Notes: a model not told the origin generated them from the letters alone. A DNA stretch of 29,167 nucleotides from a virus (IMGVR_UViG_3300034073_001388:1-29167), one strand, 5' to 3'; numbered from the stretch's first letter, positions 15,631 to 24,862 are shown. Translations and numbers: made by a program.

Positions 15631-16164
15631 GTTTCTCATTTCGACAAGGTACTTATAGCCTTTTTTGAGGTTGCAGGCGGCGCAGGCAGGGGCAAGATTG
15701 CCTATTGAATGTCGGCCACCCCTGGAAAGGGGAATGATGTGGTCTATGTGCTCAAATCGGCCACCGCACATGTAGCAGGGGCTGTTGCGTATTCGCCTAA
15801 GTTCTTTTGCTGTTACTTTGAAAACGCCAGCCTGAAGTTTTTTGGCTCTTCGTCTCTGTACGTATTGTACTTGGTCTCTAATCCTTTGCTCGCGTTGACT
15901 TTTGTATCTGTCCCGTTGATAGGAAACATTGCGCTCACGATTGTTCCAATAGCGCGCTCGCGCTTCCGCTCGGAGACGTGGAAGATGGCTGTTTCGAAAT
16001 CGCCGTTGAGCCGCAATTCTGGCCGCCCGATTTTTTTGATACTTTGCTTTATCGTGTTTTTTGTGACAAGGCCTACACATCCTGGCCAGCGCGTCATGGC
16101 GTGATTTGTCTGAACGGAACTCCGTCTTGGGTTTAGTGGTGTGGCACTTGGGGCAGTACTTCAT
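15619..16164 (-). CDS. HNH endonuclease (free-standing, homing-like)
   Basis: CYMC...HIDHIIPLSRGG.H...NL...CAACN; N-terminal CxxC pair; visibly AT-richer than its flanks. Confidence 0.9.
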   Translation of the reverse strand: MKYCPKCHTTKPKTEFRSDKSRHDALARMCRPCHKKHDKAKYQKNRAARIAAQRRFRNSHLPRLRAEARARYWNNRERNVSYQRDRYKSQREQRIRDQVQYVQRRRAKKLQAGVFKVTAKELRRIRNSPCYMCGGRFEHIDHIIPLSRGGRHSIGNLAPACAACNLKKGYKYLVEMRNLTM

Positions 16165-16442
16165 TACAATTCGGGGGTGCCGAGCACTACGACCTTGTTG
16201 ACCATGCCGAGGGGGATGTGGGTGACCATGCCGATAGTGTCCATTTCGGGGAGTTCGTCGGGCATGTAAGAGCCAGTGATGGAAACGTAGCCTTCAAGGA
16301 TGTCGGGCCATAGCCAGCCGACCGATACCACTTCGCAGGGTTTCGGTTTGTAGTCCTTCATGTCTATCCAGCCGTTGCTGGAGTCGAACGCGTCAGTCCA
16401 GTGGATAGCCACCAGCGACCACGGGCAGGCTTTCGGGGTCAT
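16164..16442 (-). CDS. Hypothetical protein (92 aa)
   Basis: Coupled ORF; IHWTDA...SVGWL. Confidence 0.8.
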   Translation of the reverse strand: MTPKACPWSLVAIHWTDAFDSSNGWIDMKDYKPKPCEVVSVGWLWPDILEGYVSITGSYMPDELPEMDTIGMVTHIPLGMVNKVVVLGTPEL

Positions 16443-16870
16443 GCGTCGTACCTCTGGTCATACAGTAAAGCGCAGACGTCGGCGGGTTTCAACAGGTAGC
16501 CCCACGCGGGGTTGTCCGAACGGCGGGCGAAGTCGCGGGTTTCCAACGTGTCCTTGTTCGCGTCGATGAAACGTTTCAGGCGGTCGACGGCGACGATGAT
16601 GAAGCCGCCATCCATCGAGAAGATGTACACCCACCACTGTGCCTTGGTGACTTGTAGCCCTGAGCGTACCCATTTGCCTGAGCGTCGCGGGTTTTGGCGC
16701 ATCTCGATTGCCATGTTCCCGTTGCGGTAGCGGTCTGCTTTCACTTCGAACGAACCTTCGACGAGGTTTTCCAGCATGTTGCGGATTCGTTTCTCGCCCA
16801 TCTGCCCGTACTTCAAATCCTCCGCGAAGTTGAAGGTGTTGGACTTGATGTCCCAGGCGCTGTTCTTCAC
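16439..16870 (-). CDS. PD-(D/E)XK nuclease-like protein
   Basis: GQMGEK...FEVKADRY...IE...SGL..TKA.WW. Confidence 0.65.
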   Translation of the reverse strand: MKNSAWDIKSNTFNFAEDLKYGQMGEKRIRNMLENLVEGSFEVKADRYRNGNMAIEMRQNPRRSGKWVRSGLQVTKAQWWVYIFSMDGGFIIVAVDRLKRFIDANKDTLETRDFARRSDNPAWGYLLKPADVCALLYDQRYDA

Positions 16871-17217
16871 TCGGCGTACGTCTCGCCAGTCTTGAACATG
16901 CGGGCGAGTTCTGCTGTCGTACGACTTGATGCTTCGCGTACCATCTGGAGGCAGCCGACGTATCCTGCGAGGTCGATGATGTTGTCGGGGATGTCGAGAT
17001 GGTTGTCAAGTTCGTTCATCAGCCGCGACAGTTTGACGCACACCATGAACAGGATGCCGTCTTCGGCGGTCATCACATCGTCGCCTTTGAGTGCGTTGTA
17101 GATGGAGACTGTGCGCGAATAGTCTTCGAGCGGATGCGAGTAGGCGTTCTGCCTGTCGCGTGTAATCAGTTCATGCGCTCGGAGAAGAATCTCCGCGCCT
17201 GCGGTCGGGTCGTGCAT
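16867..17217 (-). CDS. DUF6378-like protein (helical nucleotide-metabolism-associated family)
   Basis: DRQNAYSHP...KLSRL...DNIIDLAGY. Confidence 0.7.
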   Translation of the reverse strand: MHDPTAGAEILLRAHELITRDRQNAYSHPLEDYSRTVSIYNALKGDDVMTAEDGILFMVCVKLSRLMNELDNHLDIPDNIIDLAGYVGCLQMVREASSRTTAELARMFKTGETYAE

Positions 17218-17350
17218 GTTTCCCCTTTGCGAGTTGTTCGACTTTGGCTATCAGATTCCACAAGTCGTCTTGCTCGGTCACCCCTGGGTAGACCTTACGA
17301 AGAAACCTGCTTAGTGCTTTCAACTCCATTTTGGTGAACTGTTCGCCCAT
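17171..17350 (-). CDS. Hypothetical protein (~59 aa)
   Basis: Fills the gap. Start uncertain; a TTGACA-17-CAAAAT promoter-like site overlaps 17356-17328. Confidence 0.55.
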   Translation of the reverse strand: MGEQFTKMELKALSRFLRKVYPGVTEQDDLWNLIAKVEQLAKGKHARPDRRRGDSSPSA

Positions 17351-17582
17351 TGTCAAGCATCCCCTCCGAGGCATGAGAATCTAGATGACGGGTGAGCCGT
17401 TCGTCAACTCGGTCCACCTTCGTTTCGATACGGTTCTGGGACTTGTACAGCATCGTGAGGACCCCGCGGACGTAGGCGTGGTCGTCGTGGTTTTCTCTCT
17501 TGAACTGCTGGAGGACTCCGACGATTACACCTCCGACTGCCGTGACTACGGCAGCCAAGACGAGCGCCCAGCCCCCATCCAT
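17295..17582 (-). CDS. Single-TM lysis-cassette protein (holin/accessory)
   Basis: N-terminal TM then coiled coil; directly after the endolysin. Confidence 0.65.
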   Translation of the reverse strand: MDGGWALVLAAVVTAVGGVIVGVLQQFKRENHDDHAYVRGVLTMLYKSQNRIETKVDRVDERLTRHLDSHASEGMLDNGRTVHQNGVESTKQVSS

Positions 17583-18133
17583 TATGCCTCAGTCGGCTTG
17601 TTCGCGAGCCACTCTTTGACGCGGGTGGGCACGTTGTCGCCCGTGACGTAACGCAGATGCCACGGCTCGGACTGGACTTCCCATGAGAAGCCGAATGACT
17701 GTGCGTGTTTGAGCAGCCACTCCAAGCGTTTGCCTGAGGCGTGGGCGATGTCGATGGCGATGCCGAGGTTGTGGTTGCTGGTGCCTGGAACCGCCATTGG
17801 CGCTAACCCTTTTTTGAGGTACCAGACTTTCCCTTTGTAGATGCGCGGCGTTTGCTTGAGGAGTTTCTTGCCTGGTTTGTCCGTGTGCCTTTGGTAGAAG
17901 CCGTACTCTTGGGTTTCGAGCGAACGGTACGTGTCGGCTTGGCTGGTTGGGGAGAGGTCGATTCCTTCGGCGTTGGCTGCTGCGTCCATTGCTTCGTATG
18001 CGTCAGCCGCACAATGATGGAGTTTGCCTTTGCCTTCAATGCCGCGAAGAAGTTCGGGAGCGAGTTCACCAGGTTTTACCCCTTTCAGGTGGGTGCATAG
18101 GGTGACTTTGACGACGGGGTATTTGTCGGGCAT
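17582..18133 (-). CDS. Endolysin, peptidase M15 (VanY-like)
   Basis: YRS...Q, PGTSNHNLGIAID (SxHxxGxAxD), EPWH. Confidence 0.9.
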   Translation of the reverse strand: MPDKYPVVKVTLCTHLKGVKPGELAPELLRGIEGKGKLHHCAADAYEAMDAAANAEGIDLSPTSQADTYRSLETQEYGFYQRHTDKPGKKLLKQTPRIYKGKVWYLKKGLAPMAVPGTSNHNLGIAIDIAHASGKRLEWLLKHAQSFGFSWEVQSEPWHLRYVTGDNVPTRVKEWLANKPTEA

Positions 18134-18387
18134 TACTTCTTCCCGAACGCTTCTTGGATTTCTTCCTTTGTCAACTCGCCGTCAGTGGATGCGGCGGCAA
18201 GTTTCTGGATGACCTGTACCACCGCCATGAATCCTGCGAGGAGAGCGGACTTGGCGACCGACACGCCGATGACCGCGCCACCTGTGACGGCGGGTAGGGC
18301 GTTGGCGAGGAACAGGGAGAACAGGCGTTGTCCGAGGTCGAGGAACTTGGCTACGGTTGCGTTTGCTTTCAACATGACTTCATTCAT
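18133..18387 (-). CDS. Putative holin
   Basis: Two hydrophobic segments and a charged C-tail; upstream of the endolysin. Confidence 0.7.
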   Translation of the reverse strand: MNEVMLKANATVAKFLDLGQRLFSLFLANALPAVTGGAVIGVSVAKSALLAGFMAVVQVIQKLAAASTDGELTKEEIQEAFGKK

Positions 18388-18547
18388 CCTTGCCCCCTGT
18401 GAACGTTAGGACCGAGTGTAGCACCAGTGCTACGCCGCTTATCCATAGGGCTTGTTTGAGGGTGGGGCCTGAGAGGGTGATGAGGACCAAGCCGATGCCT
18501 GCGACGGTCCACGAGTTTTCTTTCACGTAGTCGAGGAGGCGTTTCAT
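18380..18547 (-). CDS. Small 2-TM membrane protein (55 aa)
   Basis: MKRLLDYVKENSWTVAGIGLVLITLSG...; overlaps both neighbours. Not in the track. Confidence 0.75.
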   Translation of the reverse strand: MKRLLDYVKENSWTVAGIGLVLITLSGPTLKQALWISGVALVLHSVLTFTGGKDE

Positions 18548-18783
18548 TTGCGTCTGATACTAGTCGTTGCGGCGGCTACGACTGTTACGACGATGATGGT
18601 GTTGACGACTTGGCGTTGTTCGTCGGTGATTTTTGAGCCTTGTCGTATGCCTCCGCCGTTGCAGAGTTCTACTGCCCCTATTTCTAGTAGTTCCTCCGTG
18701 CTGCGGGGGTCTTCCCAGCGTTCGCCTGTGGTGTGGCAGTGGACTGGGGTGAGGGGTAGGATGATTGCGAGGAGGGTGAGCAC
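18544..18783 (-). CDS. Membrane-associated hypothetical protein (79 aa)
   Basis: Hydrophobic N- and C-termini; ATGA coupling downstream. Confidence 0.6.
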   Translation of the reverse strand: MLTLLAIILPLTPVHCHTTGERWEDPRSTEELLEIGAVELCNGGGIRQGSKITDEQRQVVNTIIVVTVVAAATTSIRRK

Positions 18784-18789
18784 ACTACG

Positions 18790-18915
18790 ATGTTAGGTGT
18801 GCGTGATTTGTTTCTAGTTTTTTTGGTTGGGGTGGGGTTGGTGTTGTTTGTGCCGATTGCGTTGTTGTTGTGGGTGTTGTCGTTGTGGGGTGACGACGAG
18901 ACGCCGTTGGATTAG
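18790..18915 (+). CDS. Opposite-strand hydrophobic peptide (41 aa)
   Basis: MLGVRDLFLVFLVGVGLVLFVPIALLLWVLSLWGDDETPLD; fills the intergenic gap almost exactly. Confidence 0.45.
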   Translation: MLGVRDLFLVFLVGVGLVLFVPIALLLWVLSLWGDDETPLD

Positions 18916-19173
18916 TTATTCCGTCGGTTCGACGGCTGGTGTGACGAACTCGTCTAGTTCTGCGTCGTAGCGGTCACCGATACCAGCGTACTTGGCACGG
19001 AAACTTCCCGAATAACTTGTTTGTTTCCATTCGCCTGCGAGTTTGAGTGTGTTGGCGATAAACGCTTGACCTGCGGCTTCTGACGCAGGGAAGTCGCCGC
19101 CGCCACAGTCGTCGTTGGCGATGACAATTACCTGTTGAACGGTGTTGCCTTCTATGCGTGCGAAGTGAGCCAT
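18916..19173 (-). CDS. Tail-fibre-associated small protein, copy 2
   Basis: MAHFA...WKQTSY...FRAKYAGIGD.YD; paralog of 20009-20245. Confidence 0.8.
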   Translation of the reverse strand: MAHFARIEGNTVQQVIVIANDDCGGGDFPASEAAGQAFIANTLKLAGEWKQTSYSGSFRAKYAGIGDRYDAELDEFVTPAVEPTE

Positions 19174-19175
19174 TG

Positions 19176-20012
19176 TCAGACCTTGAACCTTACATAGACG
19201 ATGCCTGAGCCGCCGTTCGGTGTGCCGCCCATACCGAACGCACCGCCACCACCGCCACCGCCTGAGTTTGCCGTGCCAGCAACAGCATTAGAAACGCTCT
19301 TGCGTGCGCCATTACCGCCGCCACCTGTGCCGCCTGCCGCCGCCGTATTACCGCCACCACCACCACCACCGCCTTTGTAGGTCGTGCCAGCAGTTTCACC
19401 TAGAAACGCCGAAATGTCTTGCCCTGCGCCACCTGCGCCACCCGTAGTACTGCTGGCATTGCCGCCTGTTGCGCCAGCACCGCCGCCACCACCGCCGCCG
19501 TTGTCAATACCTGTAACACCTTGACCGCCAGCGTTGCCGATGTTTGTAGTACCAGCAGATGATACGGCAGTCGTTGAACCGCCGCCACTACCGCCTTGAC
19601 CACCAGCACCGTCATAGCCGCCGTAACCGCCACCGACACCGCACATTTCTTGCACAACAGATGTGTTGCCATTATTGCGATACAGCGCACCACCAGCACC
19701 AACGATTACTTGTGCGTTGGCCGTCAAATAAAGAGTGCCTTCGCAAACACCGCCACCACCGCCGCCGCCTTGACCTTTATCAAAAGAACCGCCGTTATCT
19801 GAACCTGACCCACCGCCGCCAACGACCAGCACATCAAACAGTCCAGCCTTCGTCACCGTCAAAGTAGAACTAGATGTGAAGGTGAGAAGCGTGTAGTTCA
19901 CACCACCCACCGTAATAGACGACGACGAGCCACCCGTCGCCACACCGTACTCCATGATGTTCACCGTGTCAGTCGTCTGCGACGACACATAACCCAAATA
20001 CGAACGACTCAT
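19176..20012 (-). CDS. Glycine-rich tail fibre/receptor-binding-like protein, copy 2
   Basis: VLVVGGGG...GGSGIVYVRF Gly-rich domain. Confidence 0.8.
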   Translation of the reverse strand: MSRSYLGYVSSQTTDTVNIMEYGVATGGSSSSITVGGVNYTLLTFTSSSTLTVTKAGLFDVLVVGGGGSGSDNGGSFDKGQGGGGGGGVCEGTLYLTANAQVIVGAGGALYRNNGNTSVVQEMCGVGGGYGGYDGAGGQGGSGGGSTTAVSSAGTTNIGNAGGQGVTGIDNGGGGGGGAGATGGNASSTTGGAGGAGQDISAFLGETAGTTYKGGGGGGGGNTAAAGGTGGGGNGARKSVSNAVAGTANSGGGGGGGAFGMGGTPNGGSGIVYVRFKV

Positions 20013-20245
20013 CCCGCTACCTCAACAGTCGGTGAAACGAACACATCATTCTCGACATCGTAGGTGTCGCCAATACCAGCGAACTTCCCACGAAAGTTGC
20101 TGTTGTACGACGTTTGCACCCACTCACCAGCAATACCACAAGCAGCGATAAACGCTTTGCCTGCGGCCTCGGTTGGTGCGTCGGCGTTGCCGACGACGAT
20201 GACTTCACGCACGATACCGTTCTCGACCTTTGCGAAGTGTGCCAT
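20009..20245 (-). CDS. Tail-fibre-associated small protein, copy 1
   Basis: MAHFAK...WVQTSYN..FRGKFAGIGDTYD. Confidence 0.8.
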   Translation of the reverse strand: MAHFAKVENGIVREVIVVGNADAPTEAAGKAFIAACGIAGEWVQTSYNSNFRGKFAGIGDTYDVENDVFVSPTVEVAG

Positions 20246-20246
20246 G

Positions 20247-21065
20247 TTACGCCAATGTCAAACTTCCCGTGGAATCCCACGCATAGTAGGTGTACGAACC
20301 GTCTGTGCCTGTGGTCGGTGAACCTGTTGATGTGATGGTGAAGTTGGCGCCATCGGCGGTGAGCCAACGCACTACGACACGACCTGAACCACCGTTGCCA
20401 CCGTTCTGTGACGTGGCACCACCGCCACCTCCGCCACCACGGTTTGCAGTACCAGCACCACCTGGTGAACCACCCGCGCCAGCATTGGTACCCGCCGTAC
20501 CACTAGCGCCCGCACCGCCACCACCCGAATAACTAATGCTCGTGCCCGTGTATGAGTTCGTTGATGCTGCGCCGCCTGTAGTGCCCGAACCTGCGCCACC
20601 AGCACCGCCGCCGCCGCCAGCCGTGCCTTCACCCGCGCCTGCTGCACCATTGTTGCCTTCGCCACTGATGCCCGTGCCGCCAGCCTGGTCACGGCAACCA
20701 CCGCCGCCAGAACCACCGATTTGCCCAGAGTTGCCCACATTCTCCGTGGTTGAACCTGCGCCACCACCACCGTTCGCGGAGTTGATAAACGCGGACGCCG
20801 TACCATTTCGCCCAGAAACAAGAGTGCTAGTACTTCCCGCGCCTGCCGCGCCAACCTTCACCGTGTAAGTCGTCTTACCGATAATCCCTGAACCCGTGAC
20901 GAAACCGCCGCCACCGCCGCCTGCACCTGGGAGGCTCGTGTTGCCGCGACTGCCACCACCGCCGCCGCCGACAAGCAAAAAATCGACAGCAAGAGTCTGC
21001 GAAGCAAACACAGCCTGAGACGACTGCGACGACACATACCCAAGTTGACGGCGAGCCGTAGCCAT
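20247..21065 (-). CDS. Glycine-rich tail fibre/receptor-binding-like protein, copy 1
   Basis: FLLVGGGGGG...GGSGRVVVRW. Confidence 0.8.
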   Translation of the reverse strand: MATARRQLGYVSSQSSQAVFASQTLAVDFLLVGGGGGGSRGNTSLPGAGGGGGGFVTGSGIIGKTTYTVKVGAAGAGSTSTLVSGRNGTASAFINSANGGGGAGSTTENVGNSGQIGGSGGGGCRDQAGGTGISGEGNNGAAGAGEGTAGGGGGAGGAGSGTTGGAASTNSYTGTSISYSGGGGAGASGTAGTNAGAGGSPGGAGTANRGGGGGGGATSQNGGNGGSGRVVVRWLTADGANFTITSTGSPTTGTDGSYTYYAWDSTGSLTLA

Positions 21066-21068
21066 CAG

Positions 21069-21431
21069 TTACGCCGCAATCGCGTTGACAAACCCAGTCA
21101 ACAAAATAACGTCAGCCGTCGCAGCAAACGCCTTCACAACCATCCCATTCTGCAAAACCAAACCAGGAATCACCGTCACCAAACCAGCCTCAGGCAACAC
21201 CGTCAACTCAATGTTCCCATCAGCCGCAGTAGCAGTACCCCACTCAATCGTCAACTTCACACTCGAAGCCGACGTATTGTTCGCATACAACCAAATCTCA
21301 TCAAACGTACCCACCGTCGTACCAGCAACAGCAGTATGCACCGTCACCGTCGCAGACGTAGACGTACCCGTCACCTTGATTGCTTTACCATCCGTTGAAC
21401 CAGACAGTTTCTTTTTCGTGAATGTAGCCAT
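21069..21431 (-). CDS. Virion structural protein (120 aa, beta-rich)
   Basis: AGGAG RBS; Thr-rich; located in the tail module. Confidence 0.7.
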   Translation of the reverse strand: MATFTKKKLSGSTDGKAIKVTGTSTSATVTVHTAVAGTTVGTFDEIWLYANNTSASSVKLTIEWGTATAADGNIELTVLPEAGLVTVIPGLVLQNGMVVKAFAATADVILLTGFVNAIAA

Positions 21432-21442
21432 GTTCTCCTATC

Positions 21443-21928
21443 CTAACTGAAGACTTGTATTTGGAGAATGTCAACCGAAGCAGGAATCGCAGCCCACTTC
21501 AACCCCGTCGTCTCAGCCGAATCAGCCGTCAACACATAATCGTTCGTACCGACCCCAAGACGGGCAACATCCGTACCATTGAACGAAACAAGGTCACCCT
21601 TCGTAGTCCAACGAGAAGCCAAAAAGTTCGCCTCATCAGCATCATCCGCACTGAACACGGGGTAGATGGTCGCACCCGAAGCATGGCTCTGGGCGGTCGT
21701 GTCATCCTGCGCACGGGTAAGGGTCAGGGTGGAACCCGAGATGGTTGCCGTGCACTTCTCCTCAGCAGCAGTCCCAGGACTGATGACCACATAGAACGGC
21801 ACACCAGCAGACGAAGGCCAACCCGTCGTCGCCGCAATCGTAATCGACGTGTCACCAGACGCAAGCGCGTTGGTAATGGTCGTCTGCGCGGCTGCGCCCT
21901 TGTACTGTCTGCGAGTTACTGCTGCCAT
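21443..21928 (-). CDS. Tail fibre proximal/anchor protein
   Basis: LTLTRAQDDT...H..GA and TTKGDL...RLGVGTN..VLTADS....GLKW fibre motifs. Confidence 0.7.
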   Translation of the reverse strand: MAAVTRRQYKGAAAQTTITNALASGDTSITIAATTGWPSSAGVPFYVVISPGTAAEEKCTATISGSTLTLTRAQDDTTAQSHASGATIYPVFSADDADEANFLASRWTTKGDLVSFNGTDVARLGVGTNDYVLTADSAETTGLKWAAIPASVDILQIQVFS

Positions 21929-21946
21929 TGGTTCCTCATCATAGCA

Positions 21947-23803
21947 CTAGCGGATGGACCGCATGACCACAATAGCCGTACCCTCCCAATCCCAGTTCGC
22001 CTGAGCCGAGGACCGATTCAAAGCCTGCCATTGAACGTTCTCAATGACCACGGGGAACGTCTCCTCGTTCTCCTGATAGACGATGACCTTCGGGGTGTCC
22101 ACCAGGTCGCGCAGTAGCCGCATCTCGTTGTTCACGTCCTGCCAATACTCCCTGCCGCCAATCTGAAGTTTGTGGTGCATGAGTAGGGGTACGGTGAAAA
22201 TCTGGCTGCGTAGCGAAGCGACGAACGCCCTCGCCATCCAGCGGGTCAGAATCGGACCCAAAGCCGAGTTCGTCGAGTTCCTCTCCAACGTCACCTTTAT
22301 CTCGGCCTCAAACGCTTTGTCCTCCAGCCCTTCGACCGTTGCTTCTTTCTGGTCGGAGGCGGTCCAGGCGGTGAACTCGTGGAAATCTGCGCCATCGTTC
22401 GAGATGGCTAGGGTCACCGAACCGTCGAGAGGTAGGGCACGCAGGTCGAGTTTGGCGACAATCTTCGGGTCTGGTACACCCCAACGGTAGATACCTGACC
22501 GCAGGTAGCCAGAGGCGACGAGGTTGGTGGCGTGTGGCGTATAGACGCCATGCCCAGACACGGTGAACATCGGCGCGTCGTTGAACTCGTGGACATCCAA
22601 CACCGTACCCTGGGCGGTAGCCATCAGGTCGGAGGCGTACGCAGGCTGGTTCGGGGAGATGAACACGCTGATGTCCATGCGTCCGATGCCAGTCGAGGTG
22701 GAATCGAAGTTGGTCCACGAGAAGTAGATGTATTTGCCGATGCCAGCGAACGCGCCAACCGCACCACCAATGGTGACGAGCGGACCGATGACGAGGTTCC
22801 CTGCGTCATCAGCCGAGCAGAACCTGAATCCTGTGTTCGTGCCGATGATGATGTAGCCGAGATACCCGTAGATTGCTTGGACTATTTCTCCTTGCGGGAG
22901 TTCACCAGCCACCGTCGGAATGTCAAGGGCTGTGCCATCTGCCTTGATTTGTGTCTTGTAGATAAGCGAGAAGTTCCCCGAATGACCCGCACAGTAGATG
23001 TGGGATTGTCCGCCAGCGAACCCGACCCACGTGAAGTTCGTGTTCGGATGCGTGTAGAGAGGCGACGGGTTGTTTGCGCTAGAAGTTGGTGTGGTGGTGA
23101 TGTTCCAAATCTTGTGCTTGTCCGAACCCTGACCAGCAACCATCAGACGGCCCCTGACGTACGCAAGTTTCCCCGCCTCAATACCAGTGATGTACGCCGA
23201 CGAAGTGGAGATGCCTGCGGTCGTCTGGTCGATGTCACCATTCGCATACGAATAAAACACGTTGTAACCATCCGACGTAATCGAATACAGATTCGACGCC
23301 GCCGTACCAGTCACCGTAGTAACCGTCACAAAATCCGTCGTGTACTTCACCGCCTGCCCATCGGTCCCATACAGGCGGCTGCCAGCAGTCGTCGCATACA
23401 GATTCGTACCCGAAGTCGAATACACGTTCGTCGTATCCTTCAACAACGACAAGCGGCCCTTAGTCCACGGGTCAACACCCTTGCTCGAATAGAACCTGTA
23501 CGCCTCAGCGTCAGCCGTATCCGAATACTGCTGCCCAGCCCCATAGTGCCACGACGACTGCGAACGACGCCACAACCCCTGCGGGTTCAACGCCGACTCG
23601 CCAGGCTCAGTTGACTGGTCCACCGAATCGCGGACACGGGCGTCGTACTGTCGCGTGAAAGAGTTCGCCGCAGTGTCAATCATGTACGGTCGCCCGTTGA
23701 TGGCGACAGGGAAAACATCGGGTACGAGTTGCGTCGCACCAGTGCCCGTGTAGAACGCGGTCGCTGGTTTGAACGCGTCCTTGAAACGCGTAAGCGTAGC
23801 CAT
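21947..23803 (-). CDS. Tail nozzle / tubular-B-like structural protein
   Basis: 618 aa, beta-rich; follows the adaptor-like gene. Confidence 0.6.
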   Translation of the reverse strand: MATLTRFKDAFKPATAFYTGTGATQLVPDVFPVAINGRPYMIDTAANSFTRQYDARVRDSVDQSTEPGESALNPQGLWRRSQSSWHYGAGQQYSDTADAEAYRFYSSKGVDPWTKGRLSLLKDTTNVYSTSGTNLYATTAGSRLYGTDGQAVKYTTDFVTVTTVTGTAASNLYSITSDGYNVFYSYANGDIDQTTAGISTSSAYITGIEAGKLAYVRGRLMVAGQGSDKHKIWNITTTPTSSANNPSPLYTHPNTNFTWVGFAGGQSHIYCAGHSGNFSLIYKTQIKADGTALDIPTVAGELPQGEIVQAIYGYLGYIIIGTNTGFRFCSADDAGNLVIGPLVTIGGAVGAFAGIGKYIYFSWTNFDSTSTGIGRMDISVFISPNQPAYASDLMATAQGTVLDVHEFNDAPMFTVSGHGVYTPHATNLVASGYLRSGIYRWGVPDPKIVAKLDLRALPLDGSVTLAISNDGADFHEFTAWTASDQKEATVEGLEDKAFEAEIKVTLERNSTNSALGPILTRWMARAFVASLRSQIFTVPLLMHHKLQIGGREYWQDVNNEMRLLRDLVDTPKVIVYQENEETFPVVIENVQWQALNRSSAQANWDWEGTAIVVMRSIR

Positions 23804-23806
23804 CGG

Positions 23807-24691
23807 CTACTTCCTAAACTTGATTGGGTACTGCGCCTTCAATCGTGCGGCTTCGGCAATGATGCGCTCGCGACGCAAACGGGCAAGATTCTGCATCGAA
23901 TCACGCACCGCCCCAGGTGGGACCTCGTTCGCCCGACGGGTATCCGACTGTGATTCCGTGAAGTTCCGTTTGATTTCACGCCCGTTCATCATCCGCAGAA
24001 TCACGCCAGTTTCCACGATGTCATCGCAAGTGGTTGGCAGGAAACAGTTCGTGGTCAGGTCCGAGGATTCTGAGGTGGCGCGAGTGAACGGGGCCTTGTA
24101 GCGGACGCGGACCGTACCAGCCATCACAGGCTCATCGAACACGAGCGTGTTACCCGACGCGAAATCGGTGGTCGGCAAACCAGTTTGCAGGCGCACATAG
24201 CCGAGCACAGGATGGTCGTCTGCCAGATAGCGCAGACGCGCATCAAGGAGTTCGATAATCGTTCCAGATGAGGTGATGTCGATTTGTCGGTCCGAACCGT
24301 TGTACGTCAAATCGGTGGTGACGACACGGAACAACCCGTTCATCGTTGAGGAGAGGTCGTCTAGTTCGGCGTTGACCGCATCGAACATTTGCGCCCGCGG
24401 GAAACGCGGAGAGAGCGTAGCAAGTACGTTGGCTGAGTGAGCCGCAGCGGTAGTTCCGTTGAACCCTCGCTCCACCGTGAGCGTCTTGGTCGCAGTGTTG
24501 GCTTCCCAAACGTAAAAGAGTTCTGACTCAATCTCGAATACAGAACCAGCACGAAAGCCGCCAAGGTCATAAGACAGAACAACACTCGTCGTGCTGCTAT
24601 CGAGGCTTGACGCCAACTTGTTGCGTTCTTCAACGACCCCTGCCAACATCTGACGCGAAGCCCTGTTCAGGACCGTCGCAACCGTCGTCAT
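23807..24691 (-). CDS. Head-tail adaptor / tubular-A-like protein
   Basis: Helical termini with an inserted LTVERGFNGT..AAH beta domain; genomic position. Confidence 0.55.
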   Translation of the reverse strand: MTTVATVLNRASRQMLAGVVEERNKLASSLDSSTTSVVLSYDLGGFRAGSVFEIESELFYVWEANTATKTLTVERGFNGTTAAAHSANVLATLSPRFPRAQMFDAVNAELDDLSSTMNGLFRVVTTDLTYNGSDRQIDITSSGTIIELLDARLRYLADDHPVLGYVRLQTGLPTTDFASGNTLVFDEPVMAGTVRVRYKAPFTRATSESSDLTTNCFLPTTCDDIVETGVILRMMNGREIKRNFTESQSDTRRANEVPPGAVRDSMQNLARLRRERIIAEAARLKAQYPIKFRK

Positions 24692-24862
24692 CTAGTAGGT
24701 GTAACTCCCGTATCCTGGGAACGAACCTGCTTGTGCTTTCGCGGATGTCTTGCGGGTGCGCTTACCCTTCTTGGTTTTGGGGGTGGCTGCACGCATCTTC
24801 GATGACTTGTTGCCGCGCATCGGCGCGTTGACATCACCCTTCTTCATCTTCGGCAGAGGCAT
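24692..24862 (-). CDS. Small Lys-rich protein (56 aa)
   Basis: MPLPKMKKG...GYGSYTY; TAATG coupling. Not in the track. Confidence 0.7.
   Translation of the reverse strand: MPLPKMKKGDVNAPMRGNKSSKMRAATPKTKKGKRTRKTSAKAQAGSFPGYGSYTY

Noticed and set aside
15619-16164. HNH inside a group I intron or intein
   Set aside because: Flanking genes look intact and unrelated, with no room for intron core sequence.
18916-21065. Diversity-generating retroelement acting on the fibres
   Set aside because: No reverse transcriptase and no adenine-variant near-identical repeat pair seen in the window.
22532-23614. 360-aa plus-strand ORF and similar long antisense or alternate-frame ORFs (e.g. 76-612, 4415-4981, 14830-15465)
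   Set aside because: Shadow frames of well-supported genes in GC-rich DNA; Arg-rich and lacking motifs.
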